64,000 nucleotides of DNA from Anolis carolinensis (Eukaryota). A model generated the notes under the pieces. The model worked only from the letters and a program-made list of their open reading frames with translations, made no database searches and had not been told where the DNA came from. Made by a program: the position numbers and the translations under genes. The first letter of the stretch is position 1; every line of letters starts with the position of its first letter. This document shows positions 10,601 through 22,322 of this stretch, in pieces. The stretch lies in the NCBI RefSeq assembly GCF_035594765.1, contig NC_085842.1, forward strand, positions 19,072,782-19,136,781, in the 5' to 3' direction.

Positions 10601-13600
10601 TCCAGCTCGCGGCGAAGATCATCGACTAAGGCGACCAAGGCTACCAAGGCTGCCTCGGTATCATGCCTCGGCCCAAAGCCAGACTGCACCAGATCTAGAA
10701 AACTAGTGTCCTCCAAGAATGCTTGAAGTTGTGAGGCAACCACATGTTCCATGATCTTGCCCAGAAAGGGGAGATTGGAAATAGGCGAAAGTTACCGAAT
10801 TGAGTGGGGTCCAGTGATGGCTGCTTCAACAGCAGTTTGATCACAGCCATTTTTAGGCTCGTTGGAAACTTGCCTTCCCGGAGGGAGGCATTCACCAAAG
10901 TTAATAACTTTAAGTTAAGTAACTTTCAAAGTTACTTAATTCCTTTGCTTCTGTCTGGATGTTTATGGTGGTGAATGTGCTCTTGGCTACATTGGCACAA
11001 ATACAGAAACAAATAGAATCACCCTCTACGTTTCCTGGGAATAGATCGCAACCCCCCTGGAAAACAGAATAGTCCATATTAAAGACCTGGGACCAAGGAG
11101 AGAGTTTAAAAAAGCATCACCGGGCAAGGGGAGAGTGGCAGGCTTCGGAAGGAAGGAACTGTAGGGCAGCCTGGAAAAGAGACTGGTCTCACCCTCCCCA
11201 ATGTCTTTCCTCTCTTTCACAGGCAGTGAAACATGGCCAAGTGATAGTAGCACAACTTTTCACGATTCTTTCCTAAGAAGAGATTCTGCGGAACCAGATC
11301 AGGTAGGCAGCAGGATCCCGGGAGGGGAGGGGAGGGAAAGCCAGGTCTCTTGGTTCCTTGAATATTGCCCTAAATGAACCTCTCTTTTCTACATTCCTTC
11401 AATGAAAGATGTTTTCAATCAATGACATAATCAAAGATGTTAATCACAAATGGCCTGTTTTTTCTGACTTAGTTGTCATTTTCTCCTTGCAGATAACATT
11501 TTTTCCCCTTCAGGTGACTTTTGAAGATGTGTCTGTGGATTTCTCAGAGGAGGAGTGGGCCCTCTTGGATCCGAGCCAAAAAGCCTTGCACCAGCAAATC
11601 GTGGAGGAGAATTTGGGGATTGTGTCATCCCTGGGTAAAGCTCCATTATGCTTGTAGTTAACCAAATCCGTTTACAAGTTCTAAAAGTTATCTAGTGTTT
11701 CAGATCTTCCTCTGAAGCCATAGAAAGTAAGCTCATTCCATATCCATATAGGGGCCAGCCAAGAAGACAATAGGCACTTGGGTGGAGTGGCCACATTAGA
11801 TGAATTCTAGGCAGTGGTCATTTTCCATCCACCAACCATGCTTGTGATGGTGGTGGGAGTGAGAGAAGGGCTTCTCTTGAGGATTCTAGCGCCCAGGTAG
11901 GTTTGGACAAGGAGTCAAATAGCCTGGACCTGAGCCATTTAGGTCTTTATAGGTCATAACTAGCAATTTGAATTATGTCTGGAAACAGATGGGTAGCCAG
12001 TGGAGCCGTGGCAGCCATGGGTGAGATTACAAATTGCAAAGTCTCTTGATGGGGAGATGATATTCATCTCTAGAAAATTAGTCTTTTCTACTACCTTTAT
12101 TCCATTTGCGTTGGAGCCATCTAACTGAGCAAAAGCCACTGGTGTTTTTAAAGGTTGGGCTTCTATTCCCAACTGATTTGCTAGAGTTGGGACAATCAGA
12201 CATCTGGTGCACCCACAGTCTAGATCGGCTTCTGTTCTTACCCTTTGGCCCATCTCTGGGTTTTGCAGTTCCACCATCACCCAAACGGTATCGCATTTAA
12301 AGCTCACTGACAAGTTTTTGCCCTGGGATAATACAATCTGCTGTTGAGCATTTGAAGCAGAGCGTGACGCTTCCCTGCAGCCATTCTCCATTATCTTCCA
12401 AGTCTAGCTCCCCTCTTCCAGCTGACATTCGACCGGGGCCCAGAGCTGTCTCAATCACTGTTGACACTTTTTTTGGTCACCTTGGAAGGAGGGAAAGTCT
12501 TCTGTTGCGGGGGCATGGTTCCTCTAACCTTGGAAAGTCCCTTCCAACAATTCACGGCTCCATACCCCTCCTGGCCACACGTGCAGCATGTTCCTCTTCT
12601 TCCTTTCCTCTCCCGACTGTTTGACCTGGCCCGTGAAGAGGGAGTCACCCCCGAGATCCTCGGCTGTGTTCTTCCCCACTCATCATCTCTGGGTGTCCTC
12701 TTAACTTGTTCTTGATTGCGCTCGACTCTTCCGGTGAGCATGATCTATTATTCCAAAGTTACTGGGTTACCTCGGTGTAGTGCCTACTCCAGAACCCCCT
12801 TTCTCCCTCTATATAGACACCTATTTTTGTCTTTGGGGCCAAAGCCCCAAGAGGAGTGGCCTTGTTAAAAAGATGTAGCCAGTATTTTCTCTTTGTCCAT
12901 GTATCAAGTTTGATCCAGTTCTTTCAAGCCATTTAGGAGTCTTTGCAGTCCATACATACACACCTTGATTTATGTATAAATAGATTTTTTTCATACACAA
13001 AAACATACAATACATTCAAATGCAGGCTTGTGTAACTAACAATATAAAAAAGTAGGGGGTGCTTTTTACAAAAAAGATTCAGGGGCTAAAATGGGAGAAA
13101 TGACATTTAATCATGTAAGTGTCAGGAGCTGATTTCTGCTGTTCAGGAAGTCACCATAAAGCCTCTCCATGAGAGCTCAGGGTCAGCCAGGGGTGTCAGT
13201 GGAGAAGTTTGAGAGCAGCTGAATGGACTAACTTTTCTCGTGGGGAAAAAATGATAAGTATGTTGGAGGCGTGGAGTGAGATTGGAAGGAAAGGAGAGGT
13301 GTTAGTCAAAATCGCCATTAGCTATTTTTTTCTTGGAGCTGTAAAGGTCTGAGTAATAAAGCCAAATCCAGAAGACTTTTGTGAGTGGCCCAAGTTGTCA
13401 ACTAGAACCTTCAAGGAATGAAAATAAGGAGTAACAAAAAAGAGAGAAGGTCAAACACCAAATCTGTGCTGCTTCAGTCAGTCCTTTTTAAAGTGGCGAC
13501 TTTATTCTGGCTTCTAATCTGAATTTGGATGTTTGTTCTGCTGCCTGATGCCATGAGGTTAAGTTCACCTATTTTTGTGCCATCAGGCAGATGGAGGGTT

Positions 13601-15636
13601 TTTGCTTTCTGTGAGAAAGGGCTGTCTCGACTAAATGCATTTTGTAATTTGTATATTTTTAAACTTTAATATAAGCTTTGCTTTTCAACACCATTCACAC
13701 AGGAGGAAGGCCATTAAAATGGTTGCAGTATAAAAAGAGCTTCAATCAAAAGAAACGCCTTATTCATCAGGCAACTCACAAAAGAGAAAGGCTGTGTAAA
13801 TGCTTGCAATGTGGAAAGAGCTTCAGTCACAAGAATGTCCTTATTATTCATCAGGCAACTCACACAGGGGAGAAGCCATTTAAATGCTTGCAGTGTGAAA
13901 AGAGTTTCAGTCACAAGCACGACCTTATTAGTCATCAAACAACTCACACAGGAGAGAAGCCATTTGGATGCCTGCAGTGTGGAAAGAGCTTCAGTCTAAA
14001 GGGAAGCCTTATTCGTCATCAGGCCACTCACACAGGAGAGAAACCATTTAAATGCTTGCAGTGTGAAAAGAGCTTCAGTCGGAAATCACACCTTGTTTGT
14101 CATCAGGCAACTCACACAGGAGAGAAGCCATTTAAATGCTTGCAGTGTAAAAAGAGCTTCAGTCAAAAGCAGCATCTTATTACTCATCAGGCAACTCACA
14201 CAGGAGAGAAGCCATTTCAATGCTTGCAGTGTGAAAAGAGCTTCAGTCTAAAGGGAAGCCTGATTCGTCATCAGGCCATTCACACAGGAGTGAAGCCGTT
14301 TCAATGCTTGCAGTGTGAAAAGAGCTTCAGCGAAAAGAGAAGCCTTATTAATCATCAGGCCACTCACACAGGAGAGAAGCCATTTAAATGCTTGCAGTGT
14401 GAAAAGAGCTTCAGTCACAAGAACGGCCTTATTAGTCATCAGGCAACTCACACAGGAGAGAAGCCATTTCAATGCTTGCAGTGTGAAAGGTGCTTCAGTC
14501 ACAAGCACAACCTTATGAGACATCAGGCAACTCACACAGGAGAGAAGCCATTTAAATGCTTGCAGTGTGAAAAGAGCTTTAGTCTAAAGGGAAACCTTAT
14601 TAGTCATCAGGCCACTCACACAGGAGTGAAGCCGTTTCAATGCTTGCAGTGTGAAAAGAGCTTCAGTCACTACCACGACCTTATTCGTCATAAGGCATCT
14701 CACACAGGAGAGAAACCATTTAAATGCTTGCAGTGTAAAAAGGGCTTCATTCAAAAGCAGCACCTTATTACTCATCAGGCAACTCACACAGGAGTGAAGC
14801 CATTTCAATGCTTGCAGTGTGGAAAGAGCTTCAGTCTAAAGGGAAACCTTATTAGTCATCAGGCAATTCACAAAGGAGTGAAGCCATTTCAATGCTTGCA
14901 GTGTAAAAGGTGCTTCAGTCGCAAGAACATTCTTATTAGTCATCAGGCAACTCACACAGGAGTGAAACCATTTCAGTGTTTTCAGTGTGAAAAGAGCTTC
15001 AGTCTAAAGGGAAACCTTATTAGTCATCAGGCAATTCACCAAGGAGTGAAGCCATTCAAATGCTTGCAGTGTGAAAAAAGCTTCAGTCACAAGCACGTCC
15101 TTATTCGTCATCAGGCAACTCACACAGGAGACAAGCCATTTCAATGTTTGCAGTGTGAAAAGAGCTTCAGTGAAAAGAGCAGCCTTATACGTCACCAGGC
15201 AACTCACACAGGAGTGAAACCATTTCAGTGCTTGCAGTGTGAAAAGAGCTTCAGTCAAAAGGTAAATCTTATTAGTCATCAGGCAATTCACAAAGGAGTG
15301 AAGCCATTTAAATGCTTGCAGTGTGAAAAAAGCTTCAGTCACAAGCACGTCCTTATTCGTCATCAGGCAACTCACACAGGAGACAAGCCATTTCAATGTT
15401 TGCAGTGTGAAAAGGGCTTCAGTCAAAAGCACAGCCTTATTCGTCATCAGGCTACTCACACAGGAGAGAAGCCATTTCAATGCTTGCAGTGTGAAGAGAG
15501 CTTCAGTCACAAGCACAAACTTATTAGTCATCAGGCAACTCACACAGGAAAGAAGCCATTTCAGTGCTTGCAGTGTGGAAAGAGCTTCAGTCGAAACTCA
15601 CACCTTTGCCATCAGGCAACTCACAAGGGAGAGTAG
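7631..15636 (+). CDS. SCAN-KRAB-C2H2 zinc-finger protein, copy A (predicted 882 aa, 22 fingers)
   Basis: In-phase GT-AG exons: 7631-8044 (SCAN), 8655-8754, 11223-11302, 11514-11634 ([31 protein letters not shown]), 13703-15636 (CxxC..H..H fingers with TGEKPF linkers). Sum 2649 nt, open throughout. Confidence 0.85.
8924..9241 (+). mobile_element. Sauria SINE, copy A-specific
   Basis: tRNA-like head gggagccccagtggcgaagtg with B box, conserved core, accttt tail; inserted in a (ttta)n tract; absent at ~24495 in copy B. Confidence 0.85.
9245..10897 (-). mobile_element. L2-clade LINE, 5'-truncated, broken RT
   Basis: [48 protein letters not shown] and [14 protein letters not shown] fragments in several frames. 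Confidence 0.9.
12010..12800 (-). mobile_element. Gypsy LTR-retrotransposon gag-protease relic (also 26770-27410 and 46400-47190)
   Basis: Degenerate zinc knuckle [14 protein letters not shown]; aspartic-protease-like [13 protein letters not shown]...[10 protein letters not shown]; frameshifted. Confidence 0.7.
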
Positions 15637-15880
15637 CCATTTAAATGCTTGCAATGTGAAAAGGGCTTCAGTCAAAAGCACACCCTTATTGGTCATCAAG
15701 CAACTCACACAGGAGTAAAGCCTGTTAAAGGATATCAGTGTGAAAAGAGCTTCACTCACAAGCATGTCCTTATTAGTCATCAGGCAACTCACACAGGAGA
15801 GAAGCCATGTAAATGCTCAGTGTGAAAAGAGCTTCAGTCAGAAATCACACCTTGTTTGTCATCAAGCAACTCAAGGCAGA
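13703..15880 (+). repeat. 84-bp zinc-finger tandem array of copy A, including relic fingers past the stop codon
   Basis: 28-codon periodicity. One degenerate leading finger, 22 coding fingers, and about 3 relic units after TAG 15634-15636. Confidence 0.95.
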
Positions 15881-15898
15881 GGAAAACTATCTGTTTTC

Positions 15899-15992
15899 CA
15901 TCTGTCGGGGGTGCTTTGAATGCGATTTCCTGCTTCTTGGCAGGGGGTTGGACTGGATAACCCATGAGGTCTCTTCCAACTCTACTATTCTA
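15899..15992 (+). mobile_element. CR1 3' end in the ZNF 3' UTR (also ~30220 and ~50007)
   Basis: ggggttggactgga...tcttccaactctactattcta terminus. Confidence 0.7.
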
Positions 15993-16982
15993 CTAGAGTG
16001 TGGAAAGATCTGCAGTTAAAACACAAGACTTCTTTTTTAATTATCAACCCATATGGAAGAAATGGGGTAAAAGGAAGATCATTTGTGTTACATCAGAGTG
16101 GGCATGAATCTTTGTTATAGAAACACTAAGTTAAAAAGCCATGGCTTTTGTGGGAAATAATAATCTGACCAATATCTCATTAAGCATAACTAATAATATT
16201 TTGAGAGCTAAAGGAAGGATATTTCAAGTTTTCTTTTAGCCATTCATGAACATTGGTTACTGCAAATATTTCCTGTCATGTATATGCAGGGTTAGAAATA
16301 CATTTAATTGAGATGTTTGATTCAAAGTGTGGGAATGGGTTTAATTAATGACTAACAGCCCTGTATTTCATGTAGTTATATATATATGTGGGACTGAATT
16401 TTCTAGTATGAAATAACTAAGAAAGAATCACTGATGAATTATCTTCTATCTATTCATGTATACAGAATACTGCGAATGTTTCTTGTCCTATCTATAACAT
16501 ATAAATAATAATAAATCTATTAACGATGTATGTGTGTGTATTAAATGCCCCAAAATAGATGGTGTTTCTTAAAACATGTAGGTGAAAATCTAGTTTAACC
16601 TGAAGAAAAGGCTTGTTCAGAATTCTGGGTCTCTTTCTGTATGTTATAATATTAATGGAATGATTTTACATTGAGTCTATTTACAAAGGTCTAAAGGAAA
16701 AAATCTGAATGATGATTTCCTTTAGATCATCTGGTTGGTTGTGAGCTTGGAATGTCCTGGCTGAAAATTAATAAGGCAATTTTAATCCATTCAAACAGGG
16801 AGATAAGGTTATTCCCACTTAGAATTGCTTTTGTCCTTTAAAGCAACTTTCCTCAACCTTGATCTTTTCTCCAGATTGACTAGAAAACAATCTATTAAGA
16901 TTTTGCAAGGGACATTGGTAATGTAACATGTCTAGAAACTGTCATATTGGGAAAGACTGTCCTAAAATATATTTTTCCTATA

Positions 16983-17883
16983 TGTTGTGTTAACCTAATG
17001 TTTTATGCTCCTGAGATCCCCATTCCTTCCCTTTGGGGGAAACCTTGTTCCTGAACCCAAAGATGTCTTGCATCCCACACAATTGTACAGCCTGGAGGGA
17101 AGAAACCAAGCTGGGAACTTCCTCATTAAGTTCCCAGTTTGAATTAAGTTCCCAGTTTCACCTATAATTTTGGACTTTACCTGGACATTGCAACACAATA
17201 CTTCAATTCAGACGGGGAAATTACCTCTCCCTATCCTTGGGGAAGAACCAGTTTCACCACCCTGCACCTTTGATGAACAGGACCTCTCGCATCGGAAGGA
17301 ATCTGCATGTCTACAGCCAAACCCCAACCTCTGTCATTTTGCATAATTGTATTAATATATGATGTTTTGTTTCTCTGGGGTCTGGAATCGCCAGCCCAGC
17401 CCTATTAATGGGCCATGCCATGTTCATCTCATAAGACAATAGCATTCCTGGGTAGGGCCAGAAAATGCCATCAATCACTTTATTTTTCCTGTTCAGTAAA
17501 AGGAACCCTATTCATCAATGCTTAATCATCCCTTGTCCCAGCCCACACTGGCCAGTGAGCCAACCCCCTCTCTGTGACTGGCCAGAATTAAAGGCTTGGT
17601 TGCAGCCTATGTATAAAAAGGGCTCTGAAACTGTATTCTGTGTGCTATCTATGAATGTATCACTAGCTAGCATCTTACCTGCAGATAATAAAATTTTCCT
17701 TGGCTGAAAATCACTTTCTCTCCTTGCTTGCTGGCTAATTTCAATTGGGCCTAATCTATTTGCTCACCAAAGAAGGGACTCACTCAAAATGGGCAGCTCG
17801 GGCGGATCACTTGCCTGGGTTTCTGCCAATAGGCGTCTCCCGGGTCTCACTGCCAGGGGTTGCCTCCTAAAATGGGACCAACA
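16983..17883 (+). mobile_element. Probable old solo LTR (5' part deleted in B and C)
   Basis: tgttg...ccaaca termini, TATAAAA ~17611, AATAAA ~17687, NF-kB-like GGGAACTTCC 17113. No clean TSD, so the left boundary is uncertain. Confidence 0.45.
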
Positions 17884-18769
17884 AGTATAGGGCCCTATTC
17901 TTGACCCACATGTTCTTCTACAGTGAGGACATCGATTTCCACGTGGAAGGTGGTCCCAGTCAGGGACTTTGTTTCCTGAACTGACTTTGTCTGTACAACA
18001 CACCTATTAACGTTTAACATCACTTCATGTAATTGCATACCAACCTCCCCAGCCTCTTTCCATCAAATGTCATTTTTAAAAGTTGAATTGTGAGTAATAT
18101 TAAAGTAATGTTCTCAAAATGTGGAAACTTTAAGATGACAAAGTTGCTAATCATACAACTGACGCTGTTAGATAGTCACTGATATACTGCAATTTTGCCA
18201 TTCCATAAACATGAACACAATTGGTTTACGATATTTAATTCAATGAGAATTCCTTCTGAAGAATTATTTAGTGAGGATGTGAAATCTTTTCTTTTAGCCT
18301 TGTCAAACCCCTGCAATTTGTGGTCCTTTGACAAAAAGTGGTGGATGAAAAACGGAATGGGAGGTGTGGGGAAGTGAGAAATGATTCATGATTATCAAGG
18401 ATACAGAAATGGGATAAACATACTAAAGGATGATAAATGGGTAGAGAAGATATACTTCTGTGTCAACATAAGAAAAGCGTAGATGTTGCTAGTGAATCCT
18501 TTGGCTCCAGACTGGCAGCTCCAAACACAAAAACCCCATCAAAGCATGGGTTCCACTGGTAAGCAAAATAAGTGAGAACAAACATCAAAAGGCACAAATA
18601 GAGAGTGGGTTTAAAGCATAAACTTCATTTAATTTTCCTTTTTAAATAGTTTTTTATATATTTATTTATAAAGACATTCATTGAATTTTCCAAAACGGTT
18701 GAGAAATTGAATACAAGATGCACCCCCTGCAAACATAGTTTGACACACAAAACCTGCAGCCAGCTACAG

Positions 18770-18876
18770 CAGGCATGGGCAAACTTTGGCCCTCCAGGTG
18801 TTTTGGACTACAGGCTGTTAGGAATTGTGGAAGATGTAGTCCAAACACCTGGAGGGCCCAAGTTTGCCCATGCCCG
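18770..18876. mobile_element. hAT-type MITE (also ~38003 and ~58526)
   Basis: caggcatgggcaaactt...aagtttgcccatgcccg TIR; 8-bp TSD agctacag/acctacag. Confidence 0.75.
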
Positions 18877-19033
18877 ACCTACAGAAAAGGGAGCTCAATG
18901 CTTCCCCATTACCATTCCTACAGCCCCAAACAGCACATAACAAGTCATATTTGAAAAGGCTGCATTAGCTAAAAGGTTGATAAGGATGCAAAGGGAGAGA
19001 CACGTCGCAATATCATCTGACAAAATTTTACTG

Positions 19034-19389
19034 ATGGCAGAGAGGTCAGACTAAATATGATCCCTGGGGAAGGTAATGGCAACCCACCCCAGTATTCTTG
19101 CCATGAAAACTACATGGATCAGTACATGATGAGACATCATCATGAGCGGAGACATCTCATTGGCAACGAAGGTCCGCCTAGTCAAAGCAATGGTATTCCC
19201 CATAGGAACTTCTGGTTGCGAGAGCTGGACCATAAGGAAGGCTGAGCGAAGGAAGATACACGCCTTTGAACTCTGGTGCTGGAGGAAAATCCTGAGAGTG
19301 CCTTGGACCGCAAGAAGATCCAACCTGTCCATCCTCCAGGAAATAATGCCCGGCTGCTCACTGGAGGGAAGGATATTAGAGGCAAAGCT
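19034..19389 (+). mobile_element. BovB LINE fragment fused by deletion to the copy B promoter
   Basis: ISLATKVRLVKAMVFPI..GCESWTIRKAERRKI.AFELWCWR is the BovB ORF C-terminus; junction gcaaagct|ctcacccttcc. Confidence 0.85.
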
Positions 19390-19640
19390 CTCACCCTTCC
19401 CTTCCCCTGCCAGCCTCACCCGTCCTTCTCATCCTATTTGCCTCCGGGGTTCTCACGGGAGAAGGGATGTTTCTGGGGGTCCCCTTTGGAAGTGGCTTCC
19501 TCAGCAGGACTTCCGCTTCCGCTTCCCGTCACGTGACTGAAGCCCCGCCAGTCCTCTTCCTCAGAGTCGTCCAGTCAGAGCGGGCTTCGCGAGGAAGAAG
19601 GTGCCACTCTCTGAAGCATATTGGTTGCTAGGAGACGGTA
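19390..19640. promoter_or_regulatory. Promoter of copy B
   Basis: Duplicate of 5545-5795; E-box 19528-19537. Confidence 0.7.
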
Positions 19641-20398
19641 TTGTTCTATAGCAGGCCTGGGCCAACTTGGGCCCTCCCTCCCTCCAGGTGTTTTGGACTC
19701 CAACTCCCACAATTCCTAACAGCCGGTAGTTGGAGTCCAAAACACCTGGAGGGAGGGAGGGCCCAAGTTGACCCAGGCCTGATCTAAACGCTCTTTAAGC
19801 CGCTCCTCATAGGACTTGTTCTCCAGACCCTTGATCATTTGAGTTGCCCTCCTCTGGACACTTGGCTCATGTTTAACTTGTTGTCCACGAGGACTCCATA
19901 TAAAATCTAGATTATCTGCTTTGGACTGGATTATATGGAAGTGCAGACTCATTTAATCCAGTTCAAAGCATATGGATTGTCTGCTTTGATAATTTGGATT
20001 ATATGGCTGTGCAAAAAGAGCCTTAGAAATGCTCTCCAATTCCTGCACTGATGTAGTATGACTTCAACATGCATGGAAACAATTAGGTTTTCAAAAGTAT
20101 ATACTGTAATGTCCTTTCATAACATTCATAATTTTACTCCCAGACTGTAGCTTTCTTTTTTATTATTTCCATACCTTTATTCTTTATTCCTTTAGCCGGC
20201 CATAGTCTCCTTTGTTTATGTCTTCCCCAGCACTTTAATAGGATAATGGTTTTGTATCGTCCTCTCCCCAACTGTATCTGATACTACTAGCACTTTTATG
20301 GCCCAGTTTTTTTAGGAGCCAACCCAGGATTTTATCAAGCATGTTTGTTTTGTATGATCTTGTTTGTTTTATGGCTTGCTTTATTGTTGATTGATTTG

Positions 20399-21841
20399 TA
20401 TAAAGGAGGACTAATAACGACTGCCACCAAATTGTAAGGGACTAAAGAACGTCTAAGGTTCTTTTAGGTTATTTATTTAATTATTATTTATTACATTACT
20501 TCTACCCCGCCCTTCTCACCCATCAGGGGACTCAGGGCGGCTTACAAAATAAGCATACACATCAAAAACAGTTTTCATCAAATTTAAAAATCCATCAAGA
20601 TTAAAAATTACAATAAAATTAAGAATATACATTAAAAATATACATAATTATACATTTAAATATACATTTAAGGCACTTTCAATGTCCAGGTGGGGTCTGT
20701 CAGTAGGTCACATATTCATATCTCATTTTTGCTGCTACTCATGCTCAAATGCCTGGTCCCATAACCATGTTTTTGTTCTCTTTCGGAAAGACAGGAGGGA
20801 GGGAGCCTGCCTGACTTCAATGGGGAAGGCGTTCCATAGACGGGGAGCCACTACTGAAAAGGCCCTGTCTCTCGTCCCCGCCAGCCGCACCTGTGAGGCT
20901 GATGGGACTGCGAGCAGGGCCTCACCTGACGATCTTAAGCTTCGAGGTGGGTCATAGCGGGAGACATGTTTGGACAGATAAGCTGGGCCAGAACCATTTA
21001 GAGCTTTATAGGCTAAAGCCAGCACCTTGAATTGTGCTCGGAAGCTAATCGGCAGCCAGTGGAGCTGGCATAACAGAGGAGTGGTACGCTCCCTGTACGC
21101 CGCTCCAGTTATTAACCTGGCAGCCTCCCGTTGGACTAATTGAAGCTTCTGAACAGTCTTCAAAGGCAGCCCCACGTTTTATCCCACCGCTGCCACTAAT
21201 TTGCAAAGATGCAGCCACCAAAGACTCAGAGAGGAGACTGTTTTTCTTATTATTATTATTTAGATGGTAGCGTAACTTAGTTTATAATATATATGTGATA
21301 GAGACTTAGATGTTGGAGGAACAATAACAAGTTTATTCAGGCACAGAGCTTAGTGGTTACAATTGTTGTTTCTCACTTGGAGGCCCTTTCATTAACAGTT
21401 ACAATACTAGAATAAGATGAGTCAAACTCCCTAAAGTGTCACTTCTTTAACTTAAAGTAGTCAGAACTTCATCCTCTGCCACTTTTAAACCGTAGTCACC
21501 CCTGTGATATACGATCACAGATTCTCTGTTCCTTACTAGGACACAGACTACATAAAATAAGTCCCCAAACTTATTTTAAACCAACTCAAAATGACCAATT
21601 GAGTCTCCCTTGATCCCCTCAACCTAGGATCAATCTTCCCTGTGCCTCATCAGAGCACAGACTGAAAACCCTTTTTTAAACTCTGCACTTCTTCATCAAA
21701 CCGGCAGTTGGCTCCGCCTACTTCTCCATGGCAACCAGCCTCTGAGTGCAGAGAAGCAATAACTGTAATACTTACCCTTTTAAAACACAAACACACAATT
21801 AAACATAACATCTGTAAACCAAAAATTCATACTTCATTACA
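20399..21841 (-). mobile_element. Solo LTR-like insertion with nested L2 fragment (20470-21177); shared by B and C, absent in A
   Basis: 5-bp TSD ATTTG (20394-20398, 21842-21846); termini tataa (decayed tgtaa)...ttaca; empty site at ~7154 in A. Confidence 0.75.
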
Positions 21842-22322
21842 ATTTGTTTTATTGTTGTGTTTTATATTGTCTGTTTTGCCTGGGCTTGGCGCCATGTAAG
21901 CCGCCCCGAGTCCCCTTGGGGAGATGGGGCGGGTTTAAAAATAAAATTATTATTATTATTATACCCACCCCTCCATGTACTCAGTTCCCTGAACTGAGTC
22001 TGTCTGTAAATCACACCTACTAACTCGTAACGTCACTCCTTACTTACTTAGGCGATTCCCCCATTGTCCAGCCTTCCAAGTGTAGTGCCTTGGCGATGGG
22101 TATGTGAATATGTTGCATGAGAAAAATAGCCCCGGGTCCTTGGTCCTTAATTCAAGATTCATGATAAAACGTTATCCCTTGAGAGTATTCACATGAGCTC
22201 GTTCATCTTTGGTTTGCAGGCCCCACCAGTTCTCCCAGTCCTCTCACTCTGAATGTCATCTGAGAGAAGAGGTGGATGTATCTTCATCCAGACTGAAGGC
22301 AGCCTAGAAGCGCAGAACCAAG

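Noticed and set aside
10915-10939. Perfect 12-bp AT-rich hairpin at the L2 5' junction
   Set aside because: Probably a DNA-transposon remnant; mutated in B and C.
12010-12800. Gypsy gag relic as the source of the SCAN domain
   Set aside because: SCAN derives from Gmr1-like capsid, but this relic is an antisense intronic nucleocapsid-protease fragment with no SCAN similarity.
13714-15792. Antisense and shifted-frame ORFs over the finger arrays (MSCLMTNK..., MKRASV...)
   Set aside because: Shadows of the 84-bp repeat.
18195-18377. 60-aa ORF repeated three times
   Set aside because: TTG start, no domain; identity is explained by the segmental duplication.
21646-21653. CTGATGAG (hammerhead box) on the minus strand
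   Set aside because: No matching GAAA box or stem II geometry; it sits in a hairpin loop.
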